A stretch of DNA of 64,000 bases from an uncultured Planctomycetaceae bacterium (lineage in GTDB: Bacteria; Planctomycetota; Planctomycetia; Planctomycetales; Planctomycetaceae): positions 608,001 to 672,000 of the forward strand of contig CAWFAK010000005.1 in assembly GCA_963813715.1 (NCBI GenBank). The letters run 5' to 3'. A program made the position numbers and the translations under genes. Positions 12,078 to 28,164 of the stretch are shown piece by piece. The notes below the pieces were generated by a model. It was not told where the DNA came from. It was given only the letters and a program-made list of their open reading frames with translations, and made no database searches. Position 1 is the stretch's first letter, and each line of letters opens with the position of its first letter.

Positions 12078-12386
12078 TCATTCCGGGCCAATAAGGTCAG
12101 CATATGCTGATTCGCCAACCGGCGCGAAAGCAGTCCCGTCGCTCCTTGCGAGAGATCGCTGGGTTACCCGATTCGAGGCATGGCTCGGTTTGAATACAAC
12201 CCAGATCGCCGCCTCGGGACCATCTGGCGGATTCGGGTGAATGCCGGCGTCCGAGGACTTTAGTGCAGCCGGCAAAAACCCGGGAAAGCTGATGCCCGTT
12301 TTGAACTTCGACACGATCTTGTCTGCCTGCTGCCGCGGCACTCGAAACGCCGCCCTTACTTCAAACGGTAGAGGGAGCTGTGTCAT
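12078..12386 (-). CDS. Hypothetical protein
   Basis: GGGGA RBS upstream of ATG; 102 aa. Confidence 0.45.
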   Translation of the reverse strand: MTQLPLPFEVRAAFRVPRQQADKIVSKFKTGISFPGFLPAALKSSDAGIHPNPPDGPEAAIWVVFKPSHASNRVTQRSLARSDGTAFAPVGESAYADLIGPE

Positions 12387-12999
12387 TGGTTAGTCCCCGT
12401 GCCTGCTAGTAGATCTGGGATCAGCAATTCAACCGCGAACTAGGGCGCGGTGCTCATCTTGTCGCCGAGGTCCTTCAGCATTGCCGTTCGTGATTTGGGA
12501 GTTGCCATCCGAGCGCCCTGCAAATTCTAGGCGCAATGAAATGCCGGGCGAGTGGATGAAAAATGTCTGGCGATCGCTTCGGAAGCAGATTGGCTGCGCC
12601 GAAATCAATCTGCCCTTCGCTCGACCGTAGGGCTTGCGCCGCCCGTAAGTGACATGCGGGCCTTCCACGAGCAGCGGCCGCGCGATTGTCCATTCGGTCG
12701 TCGTCCGGGGCCCTGCGACGTTTTCGTGGGTTTTCGCGCGTTCCTTGTGGAGTGCTCAACGTGCGACGTACAGTGACGGGCGTTCAAACCGACGCTTTGT
12801 GGTTCCTGGACTGTCCCTGGCACAAACTGCAGCCCACCGGCACGCCAGGTTGACTCTCGGGAAATTCCGGTCTCGACGTCGTCTCTTGATCCGCCGCAAT
12901 CAAGCCGCGAGAGATGCAGCTGTCTCGATGGCAAGCGGTCGGATCCAATCGGTTAGTGGTCGGTCTGCCTTCCACGCCAGCGATTAAAAGGTCTGAAAG

Positions 13000-13296
13000 A
13001 TGGCTGAGCACCGCATTATCTGCACCCGTCACGAATCGTTCGATATGCCTCACCTCCACGCCCACGTAACCATCGTGGGAACGGAGAAATCCGCGGGTTA
13101 CTCGAAACTCTGGACGGTCACGCAGGTCTACAACGCGATGGATCAGGGAGATACTTTCTACACTCGCGGCGATGCGAGTGGGAAGAATGCCTCAGTACAA
13201 AAATACAAATGTCCGCATTGCGAGCAGGAGACCCTTCGGTCCGCCCCGGATGCCATGGCGGATAACAATTTGGAAAATCTGCCGACGCGCCAATGA
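13000..13296 (+). CDS. DUF3892-like protein
   Basis: C-terminal LRSxPDxxxDNNLENLP signature and FYT motif. Confidence 0.7.
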   Translation: MAEHRIICTRHESFDMPHLHAHVTIVGTEKSAGYSKLWTVTQVYNAMDQGDTFYTRGDASGKNASVQKYKCPHCEQETLRSAPDAMADNNLENLPTRQ

Positions 13297-13382
13297 GGGC
13301 GTGAGCGAGCGATCCTCGAGAAAGTCTCGGGACATGCCCCTCGCGGCGAAACTGAATACTGCAACGGCTAGGGAGGATATCG

Positions 13383-13670
13383 ATGCCAACGAAACAGCAA
13401 CGCGAGCAAGACAGAGACTTGGAACAGCACAGGAATGAGACCTTGCAAGCCCTCATCGAAGAGCAGGTCATCCACAGACTCGGTAAGCAAGTCGGCCTGC
13501 GCAACGTGCAAGTGCGAAGGCTCTGGGAGAATCGCTACCGTGTGAATGTCCTCGTCGGTGGGAATGCGGTGACTGCCAAGATTGCCAACAGCTATTTCGT
13601 TAAGGCAAACAGCGACGGCAACATCGTTGATTCAGACCCGGAGATGACGAAACTGTGTCCAATTCGTTGA
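13383..13670 (+). CDS. Hypothetical protein
   Basis: Strong RBS GGAGG; 95 aa. Confidence 0.65.
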   Translation: MPTKQQREQDRDLEQHRNETLQALIEEQVIHRLGKQVGLRNVQVRRLWENRYRVNVLVGGNAVTAKIANSYFVKANSDGNIVDSDPEMTKLCPIR

Positions 13671-13917
13671 GCGGCTTCCGCACCGCAAACCGTTTCGGAA
13701 GCGAGAGCACGCAGGCATTTGGACACGAGCCCCAGTGGATGCAAGATCGTGACTGAGCGGACTGCCGAGATCGCCCTCAGTTGACCGCTTCGGTCCAGGA
13801 CTTCACCCAGCGGAATCACGCCGTCGATGTGACGTTCAAAGACGAGCGCCTCGGCAAGAGTGGTCGTGCGACGCCCGCCGAATCCGTCCTCGACATCACA
13901 TTCGCGAGGCGCGAACG

Positions 13918-15654
13918 ATGCTCACACGTCGACGGGCACTGGCAATCCTCGGGGCGGCAGGGATCGGTACGGGGGTCTTTCAGCGGGCATTGGCCGCCAC
14001 GGCCGGGGACGGACCGGTTTCGCCGGAAATGGTCGCGGACGCCGAGTGGATCGCAGGGATCAAGCTCACTGGGGCCCAGCGCGAGGCAGCCGTCAAGAGC
14101 CTCAACAAGTATCGAGCATCGACGAAGCGGATTCGCGCCATCGACCTCGATAATTCGCAGCGGACCGGGCTGACCTTCCGGCCGCTGACCGGCCCGGATT
14201 CACTCCCCGACCCGCGCGGCTATCAAGCTGTCAAATCGCCGAAAGCGGTTTCGCACGTGGCGGCCGCCCCAAGCTCCGACGAGGACCTGGCGTTTGCTTC
14301 GATCCGACAAATCGGTGCCTTGTTGCGCAGTCGAAAGATTTCCTCGGTTGAACTGACGAAGCTCTATCTTGCCCGTCTGCGCCGCTACGACCCCTTGCTC
14401 AAATGCGTCGTCACGTTGATGGACGAGCTGGCGCTGCGACAGGCGAAGCAAGCGGACCGGGAGCTGGCTGCGGGGAAGGAACGCGGGCCGCTCCACGGGA
14501 TTCCGTGGGGGGTCAAGGACATCATCGCCTATCCCGGCTATCCGACCACCTGGTGCGCCCCGCAGTATCGCCACCGCGTTATCAACGTGAAGGCGGCAGT
14601 CGCCGAGCGGCTGGAAAATGCGGGGGCCGTGCTCATCGCCAAGCTGGCGAGCAACCCCTTCGCGGGGGGCGGCGTGCAGTGGTACCGCGGCCTGACCCGC
14701 AGTCCCTGGAACCCACACATGGATGCAGCGGGATCGTCGTCGGGGTCCGGCTCCGCGACCGCCGCCGGACTCGTTGGCTTCTCGATCGGGACGGATACAG
14801 CGGGCAGCATTATCAACCCGTCGATGCGCTGCGGGGCCGTCGGGCTGCGTCCCACCTTCGGGCGCGTGAGCCGACACGGATGCATGCAACTCTGCTGGTC
14901 GCTCGATACCGTCGGGCCGATCTGCCGCAGCGCCGACGACTGCGGATTAGTCTTTGCGGCAATCCACGGCGCCGATCCCCGCGACGCAGTTTCCGTCGAT
15001 CGGAATTATGCGTGGCCGTCGTCTCGCGACATTTCCACGATCCGCGTCGGCTATGCTCCGGAAAACGGCAAAGACGAACATCGCGATGAACTGCGGGTCC
15101 TGCGCGACCTTGGCGCCAAACTCGTTCCCGTTCAACACACGAAACTCTTGGAGGATTACGGCCTGACCTTCGATTTGATTGAAGCGACGGTCGCGATGGA
15201 GGGGGCCGCATCGTTTGACGAGCTGACTCGTCGCGGCGAACCGAAGGGAGTCCACGGTTGGCCGAGGTACTGGGCCTACGGCCACCTGTTGTCAGCCGTC
15301 GATTACCTGAAAATCAGCCGATTGCGGGCGATCTTGATGGAGCGACTCGAGAAGCTGATGCAGACCATCGACGTCTATCTCGGCGACGAGTTGGCGCTGT
15401 ACACAAACCTCGCGGGGCATCCGCAAGTTGCGTTCCCCAAGAAGCTCGAGCAAGAGCAGGGCTTCCTGATCCCTCGACCGCAGTTGACGGCGGGTCGCGC
15501 TTACGACGAGAGCACGCTGCTTGCTCTGGCGGACGCCTATCAGCGGGCGATTGGCCTCAAGGAGCGGCCGCCGCTCGAGAAATTCCTCGCCGAAAAGGAC
15601 CAGTTTCTCAAGGACGAAAAACTCCCCGACGAGAACAAGCTTTACACCGACTAG
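13918..15654 (+). CDS. Tat-exported amidase-signature family enzyme
   Basis: TRRRAL twin-arginine signal; GVKD, GSSSGS and GTDTAGS catalytic motifs. Confidence 0.9.
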   Translation: MLTRRRALAILGAAGIGTGVFQRALAATAGDGPVSPEMVADAEWIAGIKLTGAQREAAVKSLNKYRASTKRIRAIDLDNSQRTGLTFRPLTGPDSLPDPRGYQAVKSPKAVSHVAAAPSSDEDLAFASIRQIGALLRSRKISSVELTKLYLARLRRYDPLLKCVVTLMDELALRQAKQADRELAAGKERGPLHGIPWGVKDIIAYPGYPTTWCAPQYRHRVINVKAAVAERLENAGAVLIAKLASNPFAGGGVQWYRGLTRSPWNPHMDAAGSSSGSGSATAAGLVGFSIGTDTAGSIINPSMRCGAVGLRPTFGRVSRHGCMQLCWSLDTVGPICRSADDCGLVFAAIHGADPRDAVSVDRNYAWPSSRDISTIRVGYAPENGKDEHRDELRVLRDLGAKLVPVQHTKLLEDYGLTFDLIEATVAMEGAASFDELTRRGEPKGVHGWPRYWAYGHLLSAVDYLKISRLRAILMERLEKLMQTIDVYLGDELALYTNLAGHPQVAFPKKLEQEQGFLIPRPQLTAGRAYDESTLLALADAYQRAIGLKERPPLEKFLAEKDQFLKDEKLPDENKLYTD

Positions 15655-15715
15655 TCGCGCCGCGGCGCAAAGCGCCGACGCACAATCGGCCTCGAGAGGG
15701 GAATGACGCGTGTCG

Positions 15716-18382
<2,667 letters not shown>

Positions 18383-18400
18383 TCAGCGTGATTTGTTTGG

Positions 18401-18745
18401 TCAGCGTGACGAGAGATTTCCTCGGATCACGAATTTGAGGTCGCGAATTTTCAATTCCGGATGGTCCCGGGTGAAGGCTGCCAGCAACGTCGTTTTGTGA
18501 TAAGAAGCCAGTTCGCTCAAGAGCGGGGAGTTGCCCACCGCTACCTGCAAAACGCCCCGGCGAATCCCGACGACTTTCGTCCCGCTGGCCACCGAGTCCC
18601 CGGCGATGTTTTTCCAGGCTTCGGCCAGTTGTGCGTTCCCGCGAACGCGAGCCCAGCCTCGCAGTGCAATCAAGTCCGTGACAGCCTGCGAAAGGCGGTC
18701 GGGTAGTCGGCCCCGTCCGTGAGTCATCGATCCCTCATGCCGCAA
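18401..18745 (-). CDS. dciA: DUF721/DciA family protein
   Basis: W..IAG and G.LQVAV motif; lies between dnaN and gyrB. Confidence 0.75.
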   Translation of the reverse strand: MRHEGSMTHGRGRLPDRLSQAVTDLIALRGWARVRGNAQLAEAWKNIAGDSVASGTKVVGIRRGVLQVAVGNSPLLSELASYHKTTLLAAFTRDHPELKIRDLKFVIRGNLSSR

Positions 18746-18751
18746 TCCGTC

Positions 18752-19861
18752 TTATCGATCCCTCGACAGCGGCATCACAACGTAGGTGTAGGCGTCGTCC
18801 GTGCGGAACACGGCCGCGCTCTCCGCGTCGATCAGCTCCAGGCGCATCGTTTTCTCCGGCTCGAGCACGCGGAGGAAGTCGGCGATGAACCGCGGATCGA
18901 ACAGGATCGCCAGCTCGCCCCCCTCGTAACTGATCGGCAATTGGATCACCGACTGCCCGACGTCGGCCGACTTGCTCGTCAGCGTGAGTAGGCCGGTCGA
19001 AAACTTGAAATCGACGCCGCGGCTGTCCTCTTCGGTGACGATCTGGGCCTGGCGGATCGCCGAGTAGAACGGGCCCACCAACAGGTCGATCGATTTCTCG
19101 GCCCTGGCGGGAATCACGTCCCGGTATTTCGGAAAGCGGCCTTCCACCAGCCGGCTGTAAATCGTCGAGCTGCCGACTTTCACCAGTGCCTCGTTCGCAT
19201 GCACAGCCAGCAGGGCTTCGCTTTCCGCGTCCGGAATGCTCCGCTCGATCAGTGAGAGGGCCTTGGTCGGAATGACCGGAGCCTGGTTCTCCGCGCGGGC
19301 TCCCTGGCTGCGACACGTCGCCTCGAAGACGGCCAAGCGGCGCGTGTCAGTGGCGGCGAAGGTGATCTTGTCCCCGGTCAGCTCGAGCTGCACGCCCCCC
19401 AAGGCGTAACGCGAGCTTTCCGCGTCGGTGGCGAACGTCGTCCGCTTGATCGCGTCTTTGAGCGCCTTGGTGCCGATGGCGACGTAGTGCTCGTCGTCGA
19501 ACTCGGCGACGGGCGGAAATTCGCTCGGGTCTTGCGCGGAGAGACGGAACTCGCTTTTTTCGCTTTTGATCCAGACGGCATCATCGGCGAGCGACAGATC
19601 GACGGTGTCTTCGCTCAACTCGCGGACAATGGCCGTGACTCGCGCGGCGGGCAACAACGTCTCACCCTCTCGCTCGATCTCGACGCCCGGGATCTCGTAG
19701 CGAATGCCTACCTCGGAGTCGGTTCCCAGCAGAGTGGCCTTGCCGCCGGCGACCTCCAGCTTGATGTTCTTGAGGACTTCTTTGGGAGTTCGCGACGGCA
19801 CTACGCCGCTGACAACTTGCAGGGCGGCCGCCAACGCCGGACGGTGACAATGCAGTTTCAT
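18752..19861 (-). CDS. dnaN: DNA polymerase III beta clamp
   Basis: ATDTRRL, SRLVEGRFPKY, YVVMPL; 369 aa. Confidence 0.96.
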   Translation of the reverse strand: MKLHCHRPALAAALQVVSGVVPSRTPKEVLKNIKLEVAGGKATLLGTDSEVGIRYEIPGVEIEREGETLLPAARVTAIVRELSEDTVDLSLADDAVWIKSEKSEFRLSAQDPSEFPPVAEFDDEHYVAIGTKALKDAIKRTTFATDAESSRYALGGVQLELTGDKITFAATDTRRLAVFEATCRSQGARAENQAPVIPTKALSLIERSIPDAESEALLAVHANEALVKVGSSTIYSRLVEGRFPKYRDVIPARAEKSIDLLVGPFYSAIRQAQIVTEEDSRGVDFKFSTGLLTLTSKSADVGQSVIQLPISYEGGELAILFDPRFIADFLRVLEPEKTMRLELIDAESAAVFRTDDAYTYVVMPLSRDR

Positions 19862-20263
19862 GTCCGTGAGACCATCCTAAAATGTTCGCGCAGCGGGAAC
19901 CCGAAAGGGGACGACTCGAGGTGCATGTTCGCCGCGTGAAACAGGCAATCCGTTCTCGGGAATTCGAATAGGGAATTATAGAATTTCGTAGTCGTAGCAG
20001 CAACGAACAATGCGGTGGAAAACGTCCGGAATCAATAATCGCAAGTGATTATTTGGCAATAACTTGCGAATGGTCCTTTTCGGCTGCATGAGCGTGAGCT
20101 GGGTGTCGAAAAATGGTTCGCGGCACGGCGAGAAATTGTCGGCTGTTTTTGGTTAATTCTCGACCAGGCTGCCGCGTTCCCATCCAGCAAAATTGACCAG
20201 CCGAAGACAATCCAAGTTTCAGCAGCCAATTCACCGGGCGGGACTGGTCAGCAAAAAATTGCG
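19862..20263. promoter_or_regulatory. Candidate replication origin (oriC) between dnaA and dnaN
   Basis: DnaA-box-like TTTTCCACC (minus, 20014-20022) and TTTTCGACA (minus, 20104-20112); trio-like run 19986-20003; AT-rich 19961-19986. Confidence 0.6.
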
Positions 20264-21302
20264 TCAGGCGCGACGCAGCGCGCGGTGCAAGCGTTCGATG
20301 TCCCGCGCGAGTGCCGGGTCTCCGGCCAGCAGGGCTCGCGTGCGGCTGCAGGCGTGCACGACCGTCGTATGGTTCTTGCGGCCGAAGTAGCGCGCGATCT
20401 GCACGGCCGATTGACCGCTCAGCTCGCGGGCTAACAGCATGGCGACCTGCCGCGGCAGGATCGAGCGTTTCGGTCGACCGAGCGAGCGCAGCTCGGCCAC
20501 GGGCACTTTGAAGAACTCGGCCACCGCGGCGGCGATCTTGGTTAGCGTGACATCGCGTGCCGACGAAGACGATCGCAAATGGGCCCGCAACAGGCCCTCG
20601 TCAGCTTCGGGGCGGCCGTTCCGCGACCGCAGCTCCAAGTTCACCAGCGCGGCCAACAATTCGCGCGGCGTCCCCGGGCCCTCGTCCGCCAACACGGCTG
20701 CTGCTGGCGCCGAAAGGGGAATCTGACGCGAGGCGGCCATCTTCGTCGCGAAACCGAGCCGGCCTGTCCGCCCCAGGAGCTCGATCGGCACGCACAGACC
20801 GCCGCGCAACCGGTTGATGAGCCGCGGGGCCATTTTTTCGAGTCCGCCGGGCCGCGTGGCCGAGGTGACCAGCGCTCGCCGACCGGACTGCTTCAAATCG
20901 TCGAGGATGGCAATCAGCATCCGCTGGGCGGGAATGCGATCTCCGAGCGACGCCAAATCCTCCAGCACGAAGAGATCGGCCGCGGCGTACCGCTCCTGAA
21001 ACTCGACCCGATCCTGCCGGGCGAAAGCCTGGCGTAAGAGCCGCGAGAAATTCGACCGCCGTCTCGCAGATAATGCGTCGCCGCGGGTTTTTGCGGCGGG
21101 CCTCGCGGACGAAGTGCCGCACCAGGTGCGACTTGCCGACGCCGGCCGGACCGTACAAATAGACGAGCCAGATCGCGTCGTCGGTCGACGGGGAGAGCAG
21201 CCGCTGCGCGGCCGAATGCGCGAGCTGATTCTCCTTGAGCAGCACGAGCGGCTCGCTGGGAGACGGCGACGCGTTCGAGGAATCTTGTTGATATCGGGCC
21301 AT
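20264..21302 (-). CDS. dnaA: Short DnaA-family initiator, AAA+ and DNA-binding domains only (frameshift near 21040)
   Basis: Walker A GPAGVGKS, Walker B LFVLED, C-terminal [12 protein letters not shown]. Confidence 0.85.
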
Positions 21303-21336
21303 GCGAGCCTCGTGCTCCGGCGGCCGCGGAACGGGA

Positions 21337-22547
21337 CTAGTTGTTGGCGATCGGCTCCGGTTGGCGATTCGCGGTCCGCGTCGGCGGGCGCGATTCCCCG
21401 CTGCTCGGCGCGGAGCCGGCTGACGACTCGCGCGATCCGCTCAACGGCCTCGTCGATCTCCTCGACCGTATTCTCGAACGACAAACTGAAACGCACCGAC
21501 GAGGCGACGACCTCCGGCGGGCAACCCATCGCCACCAGGGCGGGCGACGGCTCCGTCGATCCGCTCGCGCACGTGCTGCCGAGCGAACAGGCGATGCCGG
21601 CCAGATCGAGGGCAACGAACAGGGCGTCTCCCTCAACTCCGGGAAGGCGATGTTGAGCGTATTGGTCAGCCGCTGTGCCTGCGATCCGTTGACCGACGGC
21701 CGGCGCAGGCGGACAAGAGGCCCTGCTCGAGGCGATCGCGAAGGCCGCGAACGTGCGGCGTCGCGCGGTGCTTGCTCCGCCTGCCACCGCTCCAAGGCGA
21801 CGGCCATGCCGACGGCCAGCGCCACTGGCTCGGTCCCCGCGCGGCGATCGGCTTCTTGGTGGCCGCCCAGTTGCCGGGGCCGCAGCCTGGCATCTTCTTG
21901 CAGCAAGAGCGCGCCGATGCCCCGCGGGCCGTGGAATTTGTGCGCGCCCAGCGAAAGGGCCGTCGCCCCCAGCGCATGAAAATCGACGGGCATTTTGCCG
22001 ACCGCCTGCACGCCGTCCAGGTGCAGCGGAATTCCTCGCGCCGGCACCGTTCGGCCAGCGGCGCGACGTCCTGCACCACGCCCGTCTCGTTGTGGGCCAG
22101 GATCACCGTCGCCAGGCCGATTTCGTCCCAGGAAATTTCGTCGAGCTGCTCGGCGAAGCAGGCGCCCTTCGCGATCGACGTCGAGAAACTGCAGCTGGGC
22201 CCCCTCTTCCTGCAGACGCCGGCAGGCTTGCCGCACGGCCGGATGCTCGCCGGCCGTGGTCAGCACGGTGTTGTTCAGAACCGTGGCCGGTCGGCGCGGG
22301 CGAGCCCCAGGATGGCCAGATTGATCGCTTCGGTGCCGCCGCTCGTAAAGATGACTTCAGACGGCCGGGCGTGCAGAATGGCGGCGATTTTTTCCCGCGC
22401 GTCCTCGAGCGCCCGCCGCGCGATGCGACCCTCCGCGTGGCGGCTGCCGGGATTGGCATAACTCTCGCGCGCGTGGCGGGCGACCGCCTCGACCACTTCC
22501 GGCAATGGCCGGGTCGTCGAGTTGTGGTCGAGGAAGATGCGCGACAT
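21337..22547 (-). CDS. iscS: Cysteine desulfurase, IscS/NifS family (frameshifted)
   Basis: [36 protein letters not shown]; 3' end approximate. Confidence 0.85.
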
Positions 22548-22568
22548 GCGGACTTCTATCGAGCGACT

Positions 22569-23652
22569 TCACTTGCGCGAGACGCCCGCTTGAATGCGTT
22601 CGACGATTGCCGTGCCGACTTCCACCGTGGTCGCGGTGCCACCGAGATCGGCCGTGCGCGGTCCGGACTCGGCGAGCAGATGGGCGACCGCCGAGCGAAT
22701 GGCGGCCGCAGCGTCGGCGAGTTCGAGGTGTTCCAGCATCATACCGGCCGAGAGGATGGCGGCAAGCGGATTCGCGATGCCGCGGCCGGCGATGTCGGGA
22801 GCCGATCCGTGTACCGGCTCGAACATGCTGGGATGGCGCCCGGTCGGATCGAGATTGGCGCTCGCGGCCAGGCCCATGCTGCCGACGAGAATCGCGGCCA
22901 GATCCGTGAGAATGTCGCCGAACAGATTGCTGGCAACGACGACGTCGAACGACTCGGGCCGCCGCACGAAGTCCATCACCGCGCGATCGACGAGCAGCGA
23001 TTCGGTCGCGATTTCGGGAAAGTCCCGGGCGACGGCGGCGAAAACTTCGTCCCACAACACCATGCCGTAGCCCTGCGCGTTGCTCTTAGTGATCGAAGCG
23101 ACCCGTTTGCGCGGCCGCGCGCGGGCCTTCTCGAACGCCGCGCGGATGATTCGCTCGCAGCCGCGGCGCGTGAAGACGGCAGTTTGAATTGCCACTTCCT
23201 CGGCGCGCCCCTGGTAAAGCCGGCCGCCGACGTTGGCATATTCGCCCTCCGTGTTCTCGCGAAAGACGACGATGTCGATCGAGCCGGGCGCCTTGTTCGC
23301 CAGCGGACTCTCGACTCCCGGATAGAGATAGGCAGGCCGCACGCAGACGCACTGGTCGAACCGCCGGCGGATCGGCAGCAACAGACCGTTGAGCGTGACA
23401 TGGTCCTGCACCCGCGGGTGGCCCACTGCGCCCAGCAAGATGGCGTCGTGCCGGGCGAGCTGGTCGAGGAAGTCGGCCGGCGCCATGCGGTTATGGGCGA
23501 AGTAGTAGTCGGTGCCCCAGGGATAGTTCGGTCCAGGTGAAAGCCGCGTCGCCGTTCGGGACGGCCGCCTCGACGGCCCGGATGGCTTCCCGGGTGACTT
23601 CCGGACCGATCCCGTCCCCGGCAATGACGGCAATATCGAAGTTCTGTGCCAT
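22569..23652 (-). CDS. Tartrate/isopropylmalate dehydrogenase family protein (frameshift near 23530)
   Basis: IAGDGIGPEV, RENTEGEY, SNLFGDILTD, EPVHGSAPDIAG. Confidence 0.88.
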
Positions 23653-23677
23653 AGCCAGTTTCCGATTCGAATCGATG

Positions 23678-23710
23678 AAAAAACCCACCGGCGACGAACC
23701 GGTGGGTTTT
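23678..23710 (-). terminator. Rho-independent terminator after hppA
   Basis: AAAAAACCCACCGG-loop-CCGGTGGGTTTT. Confidence 0.8.
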
Positions 23711-23736
23711 GAGAAACTCGACTGATCAGCAGCCGG

Positions 23737-26311
<2,575 letters not shown>

Positions 26312-26523
26312 TCTGTCCGATCTACAAGGGGTCCAAATTACGGGGACCCGGTTTCGTTACCCATTATTTTTAAGGCCCGGATCATAGCCGAGTTGACACG
26401 TGTTAACTACCAATCTGCCCCATCCGAGGCAACCGTCCGAAAAGAAAATCTGACCCGGTGGCGGCGGCCGACTTATAATCGATTTTCCCCCGGTTTCGGC
26501 CTCGATTTCCCCCCTAAAAACTC

Positions 26524-27660
26524 ATGATCGACGGCATCCTCGACCGCGAAGAATATATCGAGCAGGCGTACTGCTTTCGCGCCTTTCGCGAGCGGCTCCA
26601 GGACAACGTTCCATCTCAGGAGATTCTGGCCGGACTATCGGAGGAGCTGCTCAACACGTCTAACCTCCCCAAAGCCATCGACTTCCTCCGCGGGGAGATC
26701 CTGCACACCGGCCGCATCAGCCCGGGAATGGCCCGGTTGGGCCATTACTTTACGGCGTTCCAGACCTTCGTCATGTCGCGGGCCGAGGAGGAACGCTCCC
26801 GCTTCGACCAGAAGACGGCCCTGCAGGCCCTCGAACGCCTGGCCGAGTACCTGTCGGGCAACCCGGTGCCGGCCGGCCTCTTCATCTATCAATTCGAGTG
26901 CATCGCCCGCAACCGCCTGGGCTACGACCGCGGCATGAAGGCCATCGCCGACGATCCCTCCTACGACGAGGCCTGGCGCGACTGGATTATGAAAGTCCGC
27001 CTGCGGCTCGGCTCGACCGACTTCGGCCAGCTCATTTATTACCGCTCGGAGCAATTCGTCGAAGAGAAGCGCAAACGCAACGCCAAGTACAAGCCCTCCT
27101 ACCCGATCCTCTTCGGACAAAAGGAAGGGCGGATCGCCAAAGCCAATCGCGGCAAAGACCCGCTCTACATGTTCGCCGCCCTGCAGCGACAACTGGGCCA
27201 CCCGGCCGTCCCCCGCGTCCGCGCCGTCGACCCGGGCCCGATCATTCACCCGGCCCTCGAGCAACGGCTGCAGCGGATCGAAACGCGGTTGAAGATTCTC
27301 GACGCCGAAGTCAAAGGCGACTTCAACATCAGCGAGTATTTCGTCAAGCCCGAAGCGGCCATCGAACCTCCGCCGAACTCGCGCGTTCCCGCACGCATCC
27401 TCCGAGCCGGGGGCGTCAGTCCCCGGAGGACTCTCGGCAAGCTGACGCTTGTCGCTCAGGAGTACCAAGCGTTGCCAACCGGCACCTGGGCCGGTAAGAA
27501 AGAATGCGCACCGGGGTTTTGCAACGATCGTCCGCCACTGATCGGAGTTGGCCATGCTCAAAGGCATTCCCGCCGTCATCTCGCCCGACCTGATGCACGT
27601 GTTGATGAAAATGGGGCACGGCGACGAGCTCGTGATCGCCGACGGGAACTTTCCGGCTGA
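26524..27660 (+). CDS. Hypothetical protein; the true 3' end is probably near 27400 and the ORF runs through a REP doublet
   Basis: High GC3 coding pattern to about 27370; TATAAT at 26475. Confidence 0.7.
   Translation: MIDGILDREEYIEQAYCFRAFRERLQDNVPSQEILAGLSEELLNTSNLPKAIDFLRGEILHTGRISPGMARLGHYFTAFQTFVMSRAEEERSRFDQKTALQALERLAEYLSGNPVPAGLFIYQFECIARNRLGYDRGMKAIADDPSYDEAWRDWIMKVRLRLGSTDFGQLIYYRSEQFVEEKRKRNAKYKPSYPILFGQKEGRIAKANRGKDPLYMFAALQRQLGHPAVPRVRAVDPGPIIHPALEQRLQRIETRLKILDAEVKGDFNISEYFVKPEAAIEPPPNSRVPARILRAGGVSPRRTLGKLTLVAQEYQALPTGTWAGKKECAPGFCNDRPPLIGVGHAQRHSRRHLARPDARVDENGARRRARDRRRELSG
27404..27457. repeat. REP-like inverted doublet
   Basis: GAGCCGGGGGCGTCAGTCCCCGGAGG followed by an inverted relative, CTCTCGGCAAGCTGACGCTTGTCGCTC. 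Confidence 0.5.
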
Positions 27661-27991
27661 CTCCAAGGCGCAGCAGATCGCGCGGGCGGACGGGTTGGGC
27701 GTCGTCGAGATTCTCGAAGCCGTCCTCAAGTTCCTGCCGATCGACAAATTCGTCGACGACCCGGTGGCGGTGATGAAGCCGGTCAACGCCAAGGAACCCG
27801 AGCCGCCGATTTGGAAGGACTTCCGCCGCCTGCTCCAAATGAGCCAAGGACGGCAGATCGAGCTGACGCAGGTCGAGCGGTTCGAGTTCTACGAAAAGGC
27901 CGAGGCGGCGTACGCGATCGTGGCGACCAGCGACTCGGCCCTCTACGCCAATATCATCCTCAAAAAAGGCGTGGTCTCGCCACAGGCGTGA
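27554..27991 (+). CDS. fucU: RbsD/FucU family mutarotase
   Basis: MLKGI, MGHGDELVIADGNFP, YANIILKKGV. Confidence 0.9.
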   Translation: MLKGIPAVISPDLMHVLMKMGHGDELVIADGNFPADSKAQQIARADGLGVVEILEAVLKFLPIDKFVDDPVAVMKPVNAKEPEPPIWKDFRRLLQMSQGRQIELTQVERFEFYEKAEAAYAIVATSDSALYANIILKKGVVSPQA

Positions 27992-28164
27992 ACGCGCAGT
28001 CGGCCGCTCGGTCCCTCTCAAGCAACGCAGGGGGCGCGGGGGTTATTGACCGCGGTCGCCTCCGGCCGAGAATCTGTCTAATGGACCTTCCGCAAATGGT
28101 CTGTTGCTACGCCGGGCAACGCTCCTCAGGCCTGATCGCGGTCCCGCGTTTGGAGGACGGTTGC

